From contig JAZUKI010000003.1 of the NCBI GenBank assembly GCA_045643205.1, positions 128,001 through 192,000 of the forward strand: 64,000 nucleotides of DNA, given 5' to 3'. This document shows, piece by piece, positions 31,096 to 40,584 of the stretch. Positions within the stretch are counted from its first letter, which is position 1. The number at the start of each line of letters is the position of its first letter. Below the pieces are notes generated by a model. The model did not search any database, was not told the DNA's origin, and saw only the letters and a program-made list of their open reading frames with translations. This DNA is from Clostridia bacterium (GTDB taxonomy: Bacteria > Bacillota > Clostridia > TANB77 > CAG-508). A program made the position numbers and the translations under genes.

Positions 31096-31775
31096 TGTGG
31101 GCAGTAGCAAAAAAAGAATTTAAGCAATATTTTTTATCTCCTATTGGATACATTTATATTGGTGTATTTTTATTAATGTGTAGTATAACTTTCTATTCAA
31201 ACATATTCTTAGGCCAAAGCACAGATTTTGCATCTATATTTAGTTTAGGAGTAACAGCATTAACATTTTTAGTGCCAGTTTTAACAATGAGAACTTTTTC
31301 TGAAGAAAGAAAAAATTCAACAGAAGTTTTAATTTTAACTTCACCAACAAGTGTTAAATCAATGGTTCTAGGAAAATTTTTAGCTGCAGGAATGGTTGTA
31401 TTAGTTTCAATAGCATGCACATTTATGTATTATATAATTTTATCATTCTTTGGAGAACCAGCTTTTTCAACAAGCTTTGTTGCTATGATAGGATTTGCAC
31501 TATTATCATTAGCTTATATTGCATGCGGAATGTTCATTTCAAGCATGACAGAAAATCAAGTAGTTAGTGCAATTATTTCTATGATAGTATTTTTAATATT
31601 ATCATTTTTAGGAGATGTATGGGTAGCATTTGATCCATTTTCAATCATAGATGCCTTTACAACATTTGAAACAGGACTAGTTTCACTACATGATGTTGTT
31701 TTATTAATATCATTTATAACATTCTTCCTAAGCATGACAATATTAGTAATGAATAGAAGAAAGTATGTTAAATAG
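31095..31775 (+). CDS. ABC-2 permease (GldF-like)
   Basis: SPIGY, TMRTFSEERK, GKFLA motifs. Confidence 0.85.
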   Translation: MWAVAKKEFKQYFLSPIGYIYIGVFLLMCSITFYSNIFLGQSTDFASIFSLGVTALTFLVPVLTMRTFSEERKNSTEVLILTSPTSVKSMVLGKFLAAGMVVLVSIACTFMYYIILSFFGEPAFSTSFVAMIGFALLSLAYIACGMFISSMTENQVVSAIISMIVFLILSFLGDVWVAFDPFSIIDAFTTFETGLVSLHDVVLLISFITFFLSMTILVMNRRKYVK

Positions 31776-31783
31776 GAGGGGCC

Positions 31784-33262
31784 ATGGTAAACTTTTTGAA
31801 ATTATTAAAAAATAAAGTCTTTAAAGAAACAGCATGGACAATAGCTCTTATTATATTCATGCTTATGATTTTTATAATCATCAACAAAGCATTGGATGTT
31901 GCTAACATTGATGCTATAGATGTTACAACAGAACAAATATATAGTTTGACAGATGAATCAAAAGAATTAGTTTCAAAAGTTAAACTTAATGTAAAAATCT
32001 TATTACTAAATTATGATAAAGACGACAGAGCAGCAATAATTGCTAAAAAATATAAAGATGCAAATGAAAAAATTGAAGCCATATGCATTAACTATTGGGA
32101 AAACCCAGTTGAACTTGCAGAGTATGGAATAACAGATGATACAACACAAGTTATTATCGTGTATAGCCCATTGAGACAAAAACAAATTTATGCTTCAGAT
32201 TTAACAACATACAATGCAATTAATTCTCAAGAAATGGATGTTACAGAACAAAAATTAACAAACAGTATTATGGATGTTGTTAAAGAACAAGTTCAAGAAG
32301 TTTATTTCGTAACAGGAAATGGTGAGTACGGAATAAAAACAGAACAAGAAGGTTTTCTAAAGTTAGCAAAGAATATAGAAAACGAAGCATACAAAGTTGA
32401 TTCAATTAATCTGGAATATGAAAACATTCCAAATACATGTAAAGTTCTTGTTTTTGCAAACCCAACAGTAGATTTTTCAGATAAAGAAACAGAAAAAATA
32501 CAAAAATATATTAACAATGGTGGAAACATTTTATGGATGCAAGATCCATACAAACAAGCAAATGAAGATTATTCACCAGAAAAAATGAAGAATGTAAAAA
32601 AGATTTTAGCTAATTATGGAATAGATTTTTCTGAAGGAGTAGTCTTAGAAGAATCAGATGAATATATGTATTATGGAGACAGAAGATATATAGTTCCAAT
32701 GCTTTCATACAATGATATAATTAATGAAATTTATTCTGATGGTGGAGTAGTAGCATACTTATCAGGAAGAATAGAAAATGTTTCAAACGAAAAAATGAAA
32801 GAACTTGGCGTTACATATGAAGCATTTATGAAATCAAGCGAAGAAAGCTATTACAAGAGTAATTATAATGGACTAGACACAAAATTAAATGAAGATGAAA
32901 CAGGATCATATAGAATTGGCGAAATTCTAACAAAGAAAATGGGAGAAAAGAAGTCTGTTATGATTGCATATTCTAGTGCATATTCATTCTCAAATTATTC
33001 AACAAAAATAGTTGTAAACGAAAATGAAAGAGCAGTAATGCCATTAGGATTAAAAAATAACAAAGAGTTAATTCTAAATTCAGTTGCATTTTTAACAGGA
33101 GAACAAGACGAAATCAGAACAAGAAAAGCAACAACAGGCATTATGTTTGATAAAGTACCAGATTCTTCTATAAATTTAGTATTTACTATATGTATGGGAG
33201 CTCCAGTTTTAATTGTTATAGCCGGAATAGTTGTAACAATAGTTAGAAAAAAGAGAAGATAA
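31784..33262 (+). CDS. GldG-like ABC auxiliary component
   Basis: DVTxxxIYSLT, YFVTGNGE, YINNGGN motifs; TM helix at both ends. Confidence 0.8.
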   Translation: MVNFLKLLKNKVFKETAWTIALIIFMLMIFIIINKALDVANIDAIDVTTEQIYSLTDESKELVSKVKLNVKILLLNYDKDDRAAIIAKKYKDANEKIEAICINYWENPVELAEYGITDDTTQVIIVYSPLRQKQIYASDLTTYNAINSQEMDVTEQKLTNSIMDVVKEQVQEVYFVTGNGEYGIKTEQEGFLKLAKNIENEAYKVDSINLEYENIPNTCKVLVFANPTVDFSDKETEKIQKYINNGGNILWMQDPYKQANEDYSPEKMKNVKKILANYGIDFSEGVVLEESDEYMYYGDRRYIVPMLSYNDIINEIYSDGGVVAYLSGRIENVSNEKMKELGVTYEAFMKSSEESYYKSNYNGLDTKLNEDETGSYRIGEILTKKMGEKKSVMIAYSSAYSFSNYSTKIVVNENERAVMPLGLKNNKELILNSVAFLTGEQDEIRTRKATTGIMFDKVPDSSINLVFTICMGAPVLIVIAGIVVTIVRKKRR

Positions 33263-33422
33263 CTAAGTGAAATAAGTGGATTAAGCACTGCTCATTTCAC
33301 AAAACACAGAAAAAATCATATTGAAAAGCAAATATATTTATACTAAAATATTAATGATGAAAATATTAATAATAAAAATATAAATACAAATAATGAAAAC
33401 GTAAAGATAATAAAGGATAATA

Positions 33423-34553
33423 ATGAAGGATTTTAAGCAATTTAAGAAAAATTTAATAATTGCCGTAATAATTGTAGTTGTAGCTGTTGTTTCAGGTATA
33501 TACATTGGAAACCAAGATTCTAGAAATGCTATAAATAAAGCAATTTTTAGAAATGAAACATCACAAGAAGAATGTCCTGAAATTGTTTTAGAAAATGCTA
33601 AAAACTCTGCTATTTATGCTTATGGAAACAAAATAGCTATAATAGAAGAAAACAATTTAAACATATACAATCAAGAAGGAAAAAAAGAAAAATCAATTGA
33701 AGTAGCATTAAATCAACCAAAAGCTTCAACTGCTGGAAACTATCTTCTTCTTGGAGATTCAAACGGATCAAATATTTATTTAATTCAAAATACAGATTTA
33801 AAATGGACAAAGACAATTGAAGGACATGTTTCTATTGCTTCAGTTAATTCATCTGGAATGGTAGGAATTTCAATGTCAGAGACAACTTACAAATCTGTAA
33901 TTATAATGTACGACAATAATGGAAAAGAATTGTTTAGAAACTTCTTATCTAAAACAACAGTAACAAGTTTAGACATTTCAAACGATGGAAAATATTTAAG
34001 TTTCATTGATGTTGAAACGCCAGGTATGTCTGTTGTTTCAAGAGTAAAAACAATCTCAGTAGATAAAGCAAAAAAAGAACCTGAAAATGCAATAATTCAT
34101 ACTTACGAAACAAAAGATAATGTTTTAGTTATTGAAATAAAGCATGATGAAGAAAAAGTAATTGTTTTCAAAGACAATGGAATATACATTTGCAAGAATG
34201 GTAACGAAGAAAAATTAACAGAGTTACCTGAAAATTCAGGATTTGCAGGAATTAATTTGAAAGATCACTGCTACAAGTTAGATGAAAATTCAAATGGAAG
34301 AAACAGCATTATAACAGTTTTCAATACTGATAATAAATCAGGTAGAACTTATGAAATCGAGGATGCTGTAATCAATATAGCTACTAGCAAAGATATGTTT
34401 GCGATAAACGTAGGTAGTAAAGTTTTATTTATAAACACAAGTACAAGACCAATAAAAAAATATATAACAAACAAAAACATTAGCAAAGTATTGTTAGGTG
34501 ACAACATTGCAGCGATAGTATACAAAGATACTATTTCAATAGTAAAAATATAG
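33423..34553 (+). CDS. membrane-anchored beta-propeller protein (DUF5711-like)
   Basis: N-terminal TM helix, beta-rich repeats, typical position before cvpA in Clostridia. Confidence 0.65.
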   Translation: MKDFKQFKKNLIIAVIIVVVAVVSGIYIGNQDSRNAINKAIFRNETSQEECPEIVLENAKNSAIYAYGNKIAIIEENNLNIYNQEGKKEKSIEVALNQPKASTAGNYLLLGDSNGSNIYLIQNTDLKWTKTIEGHVSIASVNSSGMVGISMSETTYKSVIIMYDNNGKELFRNFLSKTTVTSLDISNDGKYLSFIDVETPGMSVVSRVKTISVDKAKKEPENAIIHTYETKDNVLVIEIKHDEEKVIVFKDNGIYICKNGNEEKLTELPENSGFAGINLKDHCYKLDENSNGRNSIITVFNTDNKSGRTYEIEDAVINIATSKDMFAINVGSKVLFINTSTRPIKKYITNKNISKVLLGDNIAAIVYKDTISIVKI

Positions 34554-34563
34554 GGGATAAAGA

Positions 34564-35400
34564 ATGATAGTTGATCTTATAATTGGAATAATCGTAATAT
34601 TATTTTTAATTATCGGCTACAAAAAAGGTTTGATATATTGCTTGATAAATCTTGCAACATTCATTGTTGCGATTGTTCTAGCATTTGTGCTATGCACACC
34701 TACAGCCGAATTAGTAAAGAACACTACTGACATTGATGAAAATATGAAATCATTTATAGTTTCACATATGCCAGGCGGTGAAGAAATTGATTTAAAAGCT
34801 AATGATCAATTACCAGATCCAATTAAAAATACAATAGATAGTTCAGTTACATCAATTAATGAAGCAAAAGAAAAAGCAATTGATGCAACAGCAACAGAAA
34901 TTACAAACAATGTTATAAAAGCAATATGCTTTGTTATAATATTTATAGTAGTAAAACTTTTAATGTGGATTTTAAAATTAGTATCAAAGATTTTTACAAA
35001 GATTCCAGTAATAGGACAAATAAACAGCTTAGGTGGAATGATTGTAGGAACTCTAGAAGGTTTAATAATAGTATATGTTATATTTGGAGTTATCTCACTT
35101 ATTTCACCAATGTTAACAAACACAGCTATAGTTGATAATATAAATAGTTCATTTTTTGGAAAAATGATGTATAATAACAATGTTGTTGTAAAATATATAT
35201 ACAATGGAACAAAGTTAGAAGATTCTTCAGAAGATAAAACTAATGAAAACAAAACTGAAGAAAATAATACTAATGAAAATAATGCGGAACAAAATAACAT
35301 CGATGAAACTAATAAAGTTAATGAAACATTAAACAAAACAAACAACGAAGAAAATAAAACAAATGAAAACAACGAAACAGATAACACTACTAAAGAGTAG
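34564..35400 (+). CDS. cvpA: CvpA family protein
   Basis: IGYKKGL, INSLGGMIVG motifs; four TM helices; N/E/T-rich tail. Confidence 0.8.
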   Translation: MIVDLIIGIIVILFLIIGYKKGLIYCLINLATFIVAIVLAFVLCTPTAELVKNTTDIDENMKSFIVSHMPGGEEIDLKANDQLPDPIKNTIDSSVTSINEAKEKAIDATATEITNNVIKAICFVIIFIVVKLLMWILKLVSKIFTKIPVIGQINSLGGMIVGTLEGLIIVYVIFGVISLISPMLTNTAIVDNINSSFFGKMMYNNNVVVKYIYNGTKLEDSSEDKTNENKTEENNTNENNAEQNNIDETNKVNETLNKTNNEENKTNENNETDNTTKE

Positions 35401-35439
35401 TATTGAATCTGAAAAAATAAATAATAGTAGGAGAATACT

Positions 35440-37068
35440 TTGGAAAAACAAGATAACGATTATGAAGAACTTCTTCATAAAATGGAAAATAAAATAAATA
35501 GAAAATCTAAGGGAGCAAGAAGATTCAAAGAAGACGAAGCTCTTAGAGATGTGAACACAGAAGTAAGAACAAGCGAAGACTATGAAGAATATTCTACTAA
35601 TTCAACTACTGAAGATGAAAAAGGATATCATAAATCTAGTAAAAAAGAAAAAAAGAGAAAACAAAAAGAAGAGAAAAAACTAGAAAAAGCAGAAAGAAAA
35701 GGCAAGAAAAAGAAAAGACATATAATAAGAAAAATCTTTTTAACACTTTTTATATTATTACTAATAGCAATCATAGTATTTGTAATATTCATAATTAAAA
35801 ATGGTGGTGGATTAAAAGGAATTTTAACAACCATAGTTGGAAGTGATGCAGAACAAGTTAAAAATCTTGAAGACTTAACATTTTTGGCAGTAGGAAAAAG
35901 CCAAGAAATGACAGATACAATTATGATTATGAAATATAGTCCTAAGAAACAAACACTTTCTATGGTATCAGTACAAAGAGATACATATACAGGAAGTAAT
36001 GATGCAACAGCAACACCAAGTGACAAAATTAATGCAAAATATCCAATAGGTGGAATACAAGCATTAATTAGATCAGTTAATAGTTTAACAGGACTAAACT
36101 TAAAGAAATATGTAGTAGTTGATACAAAAGCTTTAAGAGACTTAGTTGATGCAATCGGTGGAGTTGATTTTGATGTACCAATTGATATGGACTATGATGA
36201 TTGCACACAAAATCTTGCAATACACGTAAAAGCAGGAATGCAACATTTAAATGGAGAACAAGCTGAAGGTGTAGTTAGATTTAGACATAATAATAACGGA
36301 ACATCTTATCCAATATCATATGGAGACAATGATTTTGGTAGAATGAAAACACAAAGAGCATTCATTATGGCAACAATTAAACAAACAGCAAATCTTAAAA
36401 ATGCATTTAAAATTGGTGACATTATGAAGATAATAGAAGAACAAGTTGAAACAAACATGGAATGGGATGAAATTAAAAATTATTTAGTTGCAGCTTTAGA
36501 CTTTAATACAGAAAATATTAGATCAACAACATTACCTGGTTCAACAGGTTCAAGAAATGGTTATTCATTCTTCTTTGCATACAAAAGTGAAGCAAAGAAA
36601 GTTATCCAAGAATATTTCTTAGAAAGCGTTGTAGTAAATGAAAAAACAGAAAACACTGATGGAAATAACGTAGATGAAAATACAATCAATGAAACTAATA
36701 CAACTAATGTAACAAACACAACTAGTAAAACAGGCAAAAATAACATAGTAGATGTTGAAAAAAATCAAACAGCAGTATCTACAATAGAAACATCAAAACC
36801 AAATTCTCAAGTTAAAATTAACTTAGTAAATGGAACAGGGGAAACAACAAGATTTAATGCTGCAGTTAATCAATTAGTTAATGCAGGATACAAAGTTACT
36901 AGAGGTGGAAAAACAAACTTCACAGAGAAGACAATAATAATAGATAGAAACAATAATGCAGATGACGTAGATAATCATTTAAGTTCAACTCTATGTACAG
37001 GAATAATTCAAAATTCACCAAAAGATAACGGATATGATTATACAATAATAATAGGAAATGATTATTAA
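35440..37068 (+). CDS. LCP family wall-polymer ligase with LytR C-terminal domain
   Basis: TDTIM, SVQRDT, KINA, VDAIGGV, RFRH, DFGRMKTQ; C-terminal VNGTG...IIIGND. Confidence 0.9.
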   Translation: MEKQDNDYEELLHKMENKINRKSKGARRFKEDEALRDVNTEVRTSEDYEEYSTNSTTEDEKGYHKSSKKEKKRKQKEEKKLEKAERKGKKKKRHIIRKIFLTLFILLLIAIIVFVIFIIKNGGGLKGILTTIVGSDAEQVKNLEDLTFLAVGKSQEMTDTIMIMKYSPKKQTLSMVSVQRDTYTGSNDATATPSDKINAKYPIGGIQALIRSVNSLTGLNLKKYVVVDTKALRDLVDAIGGVDFDVPIDMDYDDCTQNLAIHVKAGMQHLNGEQAEGVVRFRHNNNGTSYPISYGDNDFGRMKTQRAFIMATIKQTANLKNAFKIGDIMKIIEEQVETNMEWDEIKNYLVAALDFNTENIRSTTLPGSTGSRNGYSFFFAYKSEAKKVIQEYFLESVVVNEKTENTDGNNVDENTINETNTTNVTNTTSKTGKNNIVDVEKNQTAVSTIETSKPNSQVKINLVNGTGETTRFNAAVNQLVNAGYKVTRGGKTNFTEKTIIIDRNNNADDVDNHLSSTLCTGIIQNSPKDNGYDYTIIIGNDY

Positions 37069-37073
37069 TATAA

Positions 37074-37099
37074 AAAAGTGGGGAACAATCCCCACTTTT
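37074..37099. terminator. bidirectional intrinsic terminator
   Basis: AAAAGTGGG/CCCACTTTT stem. Confidence 0.8.
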
Positions 37100-37113
37100 G
37101 TTTTTATATAAAT

Positions 37114-38517
37114 TTATTCTTTTTTAAACTTCTTTTTCTCATGATGCGTAAATAATGAAATCAATCCAATTAGCAAAACACCAAAAACAACTGCAATTAA
37201 AACTAAATTAGAATTATCAACTTCAGTCACATCTTGATCAGCAATTAAATCAACTTTATAGCTTTGCCCATCAATAGTATAAGTAGCGTAACCGCAAACC
37301 TCACCTTTTTTTATTGGAGCAAATGATTTGTTAATAGTAACGTTTGGAGTAACATCTAAAACTTGATTATCTTTTAACAAAACAGAAACAGTATACTTAG
37401 CAATTAAGTTTAATGAGTTTTTACCAGTAGGCGCATTCATGACAAACAAGTTTCTAACAAATCCACCTTCTTTTACAAGAGGCATTGAATTAAAATGAGA
37501 AAAGCCATATTCAAACAATTTTTTGCAATCAGCTTCTCTACAAATATCAGCATCTTTCTTACTATATTTTATTCCGTGTAAAATAACACAAATTAAATTT
37601 CTATCATCTTTTTGAGCAGTAGCAACAATACAATTTCCAGCTGCGTTTGTAAATCCTGTTTTCAAACCATTAGCATATTCATAATATGTAGGAAGATCAG
37701 GCATCATCAAAAGATTTGTTCTTTCCATGACTCTTTTACTTCCTTTATATAATGAAGAATTTTCAAGAGTATAAGACTCTTTTGCAGCAAGAGATCTAAT
37801 ATAACTATCTCTATAAGCTACTTGTCCGATTATAGCAAGGTCTAAAGCAGTAGAATAATGATTTTCATCGTGAATACCATTTGGATTTATAAAATGAGTT
37901 CCAGTACAACCTAATGACTTAGCACGTTCATTCATCAATTCTGAAAACTTAGCTATATTTAATTTAAATTCTATTTCTGCCTCAGAAGAACTATCTGTTT
38001 TAAAATCATTACCACCAGCACCAACATATTGCGCCAAAACAAAAGCAGCATCATTAGCTGAAGCGACCAACAACATATTCATAAGTTGTTCAACAGTAAA
38101 AACTTCACCGGGAACAATTTTAGCTACTTGATATGAATATGGAACTGATTTTACAGCAAAATGACTTACTGTAACTTCAGCAGACAAATCTTTGCAAGTT
38201 TCTAATACAACAATTGCTGTTAACAATTTAGTTGTACTTGCAGGAAACATTTTTTGTGTTGAATTCTTTTCATACAAAATCTTTGAAGCATCAGCATCAA
38301 TTAAAATTGCAGCATCAGAATTAATTTTCGGAACATCAACATTTTGCGTTACTTGCGCAACTGAAAAAGGATTAGAACTTTGCTCTAGTTTCGAATAACT
38401 AGAAACATCAACAACATTTGCTGTTTCTTCTGCATAAGAATTTATTGGAACTGCTAGGGAATAAATATTAAAAACAAAAACAAAAGACAGTAATAATGTA
38501 AATATTTTATTTTTCAA
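37114..38517 (-). CDS. D-alanyl-D-alanine carboxypeptidase (peptidase S11)
   Basis: PASTTK (SxxK), SAN (SxN), KTG; signal peptide and C-terminal TM helix. Confidence 0.92.
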   Translation of the reverse strand: MKNKIFTLLLSFVFVFNIYSLAVPINSYAEETANVVDVSSYSKLEQSSNPFSVAQVTQNVDVPKINSDAAILIDADASKILYEKNSTQKMFPASTTKLLTAIVVLETCKDLSAEVTVSHFAVKSVPYSYQVAKIVPGEVFTVEQLMNMLLVASANDAAFVLAQYVGAGGNDFKTDSSSEAEIEFKLNIAKFSELMNERAKSLGCTGTHFINPNGIHDENHYSTALDLAIIGQVAYRDSYIRSLAAKESYTLENSSLYKGSKRVMERTNLLMMPDLPTYYEYANGLKTGFTNAAGNCIVATAQKDDRNLICVILHGIKYSKKDADICREADCKKLFEYGFSHFNSMPLVKEGGFVRNLFVMNAPTGKNSLNLIAKYTVSVLLKDNQVLDVTPNVTINKSFAPIKKGEVCGYATYTIDGQSYKVDLIADQDVTEVDNSNLVLIAVVFGVLLIGLISLFTHHEKKKFKKE

Positions 38518-38595
38518 ATTTATCTCCTAAAATAGTCTGTTAACACAAACAATATTTTAACAAGGATGCATAAATAAATCAAGAAAGGACTTTAT

Positions 38596-39432
38596 ATGAT
38601 ACAAAAAATCAACTCATTTATAAAAAAACTAAATAAAACACAAAAGATAATTTTAATTATTATTGCAATAATAATTATTGGAGCGGCATTATTTTTATTT
38701 TACCAATATTTAAGCAACGAAGAAATAGAAAGTTCAAACCAAATTCAACAAAACAACAATTCAATTTCTAATAAGGAAAACAAACAAAACGATAAAGAAA
38801 ATTCAGAAATGACAGAAAGTTCAAACAATAAACAAAACTCAAATACAATAGAAAACAAAGAGACAAAAAATAAAGAAGCAGAAAATGAAATTGAAGACTA
38901 CAATACACAAGATGATTTTATAGATGAAAATTCGTCATCATTGTTTGGAACAAAACAATTAAGTAATATTGTTGTGCATGTAATAGGCGAAGTAAAGAAA
39001 CCTGGAGTTATTAAATTGAAAGAAGGATCAAGAATAATAGATGCAATTAATAAATGCGGAGGACAAACTGAAGATGCAGATTTATCAAAAATAAATTTAG
39101 CATATGTATTAGATGATGGTTCACAAATTTATATTCCATGCGTTAAAGATGATGTACAAAACACAACTATAATGAAAACAGAAGCAGGAAATAATATTGT
39201 GGTAAATAATGTAATACAAAGTGACGATGAAAAAAGTATTAAAGTAAATTTAAATACTGCAACATTAGAGAAACTTATAACACTTCCAGGAGTAGGAGAA
39301 TCAACAGCACAAAAAATAATTGAATATAGAAATAAAAATAAAAAATTTAAAACGATTGATGAATTAAAAAATATATCAGGCATAGGTGAAGAAAAATTTA
39401 ATTCATTGAAAGAGTATGTGTATATAAAATAA
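38596..39432 (+). CDS. comEA: competence DNA receptor ComEA
   Basis: TM anchor, SLBB domain (VHVIGEVKKPGV), HhH motifs LPGVG and ISGIG. Confidence 0.92.
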   Translation: MIQKINSFIKKLNKTQKIILIIIAIIIIGAALFLFYQYLSNEEIESSNQIQQNNNSISNKENKQNDKENSEMTESSNNKQNSNTIENKETKNKEAENEIEDYNTQDDFIDENSSSLFGTKQLSNIVVHVIGEVKKPGVIKLKEGSRIIDAINKCGGQTEDADLSKINLAYVLDDGSQIYIPCVKDDVQNTTIMKTEAGNNIVVNNVIQSDDEKSIKVNLNTATLEKLITLPGVGESTAQKIIEYRNKNKKFKTIDELKNISGIGEEKFNSLKEYVYIK

Positions 39433-39439
39433 AAAAGTA

Positions 39440-39468
39440 TTGAAAAAATAATTTAATTAGATTATAAT
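39440..39468 (+). promoter_or_regulatory. sigma-A promoter of histone-like gene
   Basis: TTGAAA-17 bp-TATAAT. Confidence 0.65.
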
Positions 39469-39579
39469 TTTATTATAGTTGAAAAGAACAAAAGAAAAAT
39501 TAAAAACACAAAAGAAGTCAAAAAATGAGAAATACTCGAAACGGCTGAAAATAGTACGTTAGAAGAAATCATATTTGAT

Positions 39580-39597
39580 TAGTTAGTGGGCTAACTA
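39580..39597. promoter_or_regulatory. palindromic operator-like site (same consensus as marR promoter site)
   Basis: TAGTTAG-TGGG-CTAACTA. Confidence 0.5.
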
Positions 39598-39715
39598 TTT
39601 TGTAAAAACTATTTTGTTCTTTACAAGATTTTAAATTTCAAATATGAATTTAAAAGCAAAAGATACAGCAGAGACTTACACCATGAAAAACTGTTCGGGA
39701 AAGGAGGATCTGAAA

Positions 39716-40006
39716 ATGGCAATCAAGAAAACTGTAAAGAAAGTAGCAGCTAAGAAACCAGCTGCAAAGAAAGTAGCAGCTAAGAAACCAGTTGCAAAGA
39801 AAGCAGTAGCTAAGAAACCAGCAGCTAAGAAAGTTGTTAAGAAAGCAGTAGCTAAGAAACCAGCTGCAAAGAAACCAGCAGCTAAGAAAGTTGTTAAAAA
39901 AGTAGCAGCTAAGAAACCAGTTGCAAAGAAAGTAGCAGCTAAGAAACCTGTTAAAAAGGTAGCAGCTAAGAAACCAGCAGCTAAAAAAGTAGCTAAAAAG
40001 AAATAA
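39716..40006 (+). CDS. histone H1-like (Hc2/AlgP-type) Lys/Ala-rich repeat protein
   Basis: AAGGAGG RBS before ATG 39716; 96 aa almost entirely KKVAA/KKPAA/KKPVA repeats. Confidence 0.85.
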   Translation: MAIKKTVKKVAAKKPAAKKVAAKKPVAKKAVAKKPAAKKVVKKAVAKKPAAKKPAAKKVVKKVAAKKPVAKKVAAKKPVKKVAAKKPAAKKVAKKK

Positions 40007-40034
40007 TTAATTTAATAAGTAAATTATTAATTAG

Positions 40035-40093
40035 AATATAGTTAGTCGCTTGACTAACTATATTTTTTTGCGTATAATAGTTAGCATGCTAAC
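40035..40093 (+). promoter_or_regulatory. marR promoter with overlapping operator palindromes / terminator
   Basis: TTGACT(40050)-17 bp-TATAAT(40073); inverted repeat AATATAGTTAGTC/GACTAACTATATT and palindrome GTTAGCATGCTAAC. Confidence 0.75.
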
Positions 40094-40119
40094 AATACGG
40101 AAAGAGAGGAAAATAACAG

Positions 40120-40584
40120 ATGAAGAACAGTGAAAAATCTATATCAGTCGAAATTAAGAAATTTGATGTAGAAATAGGAAGATACCTATTTGAATTAAAC
40201 AAAGACAGTAAACAACCAAGTCCACTTCAAGGAAGAATAATTCAATATCTAAGCAAACATGATGGTGAAGATGTTTATCAAAAAGACTTGGAAGAACATT
40301 GTGAAGTAAGTAAAGCTACAATGTCACAAACTTTAGATGCTCTAGAGTATGAAAAAATGATTATTAGAAAAGCTGACAAGAATGACGCAAGAAGAAAAAG
40401 AATTGTTTTAACAAAGAAGAGCAAAGATAAAGTTAAAGAGATTAGCAAAGTATTTGCTTCATTAGATAAAAAAATCACAGAAGGAATTAGTGAAAAAGAA
40501 GCAACAGCATTTTTAAATACAATTGAAAAAATGAAAGCTAATCTTTCAAAAATTCCTAATAAAAAGAAAAACGGAGGTAAATAA
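40120..40584 (+). CDS. MarR family transcriptional regulator
   Basis: QKDLE..VSKATMS wHTH, DARRKRIVLT wing. Confidence 0.9.
   Translation: MKNSEKSISVEIKKFDVEIGRYLFELNKDSKQPSPLQGRIIQYLSKHDGEDVYQKDLEEHCEVSKATMSQTLDALEYEKMIIRKADKNDARRKRIVLTKKSKDKVKEISKVFASLDKKITEGISEKEATAFLNTIEKMKANLSKIPNKKKNGGK

Noticed and set aside
29923-33262. Gliding motility implied by GldA/F/G-like genes
   Set aside because: This ABC type is widespread in non-gliding Firmicutes; no other gliding or T9SS genes here
39644-39715. Longer N-terminus of the histone-like ORF
   Set aside because: The AAGGAGG RBS sits before ATG 39716; the upstream ATGs have none
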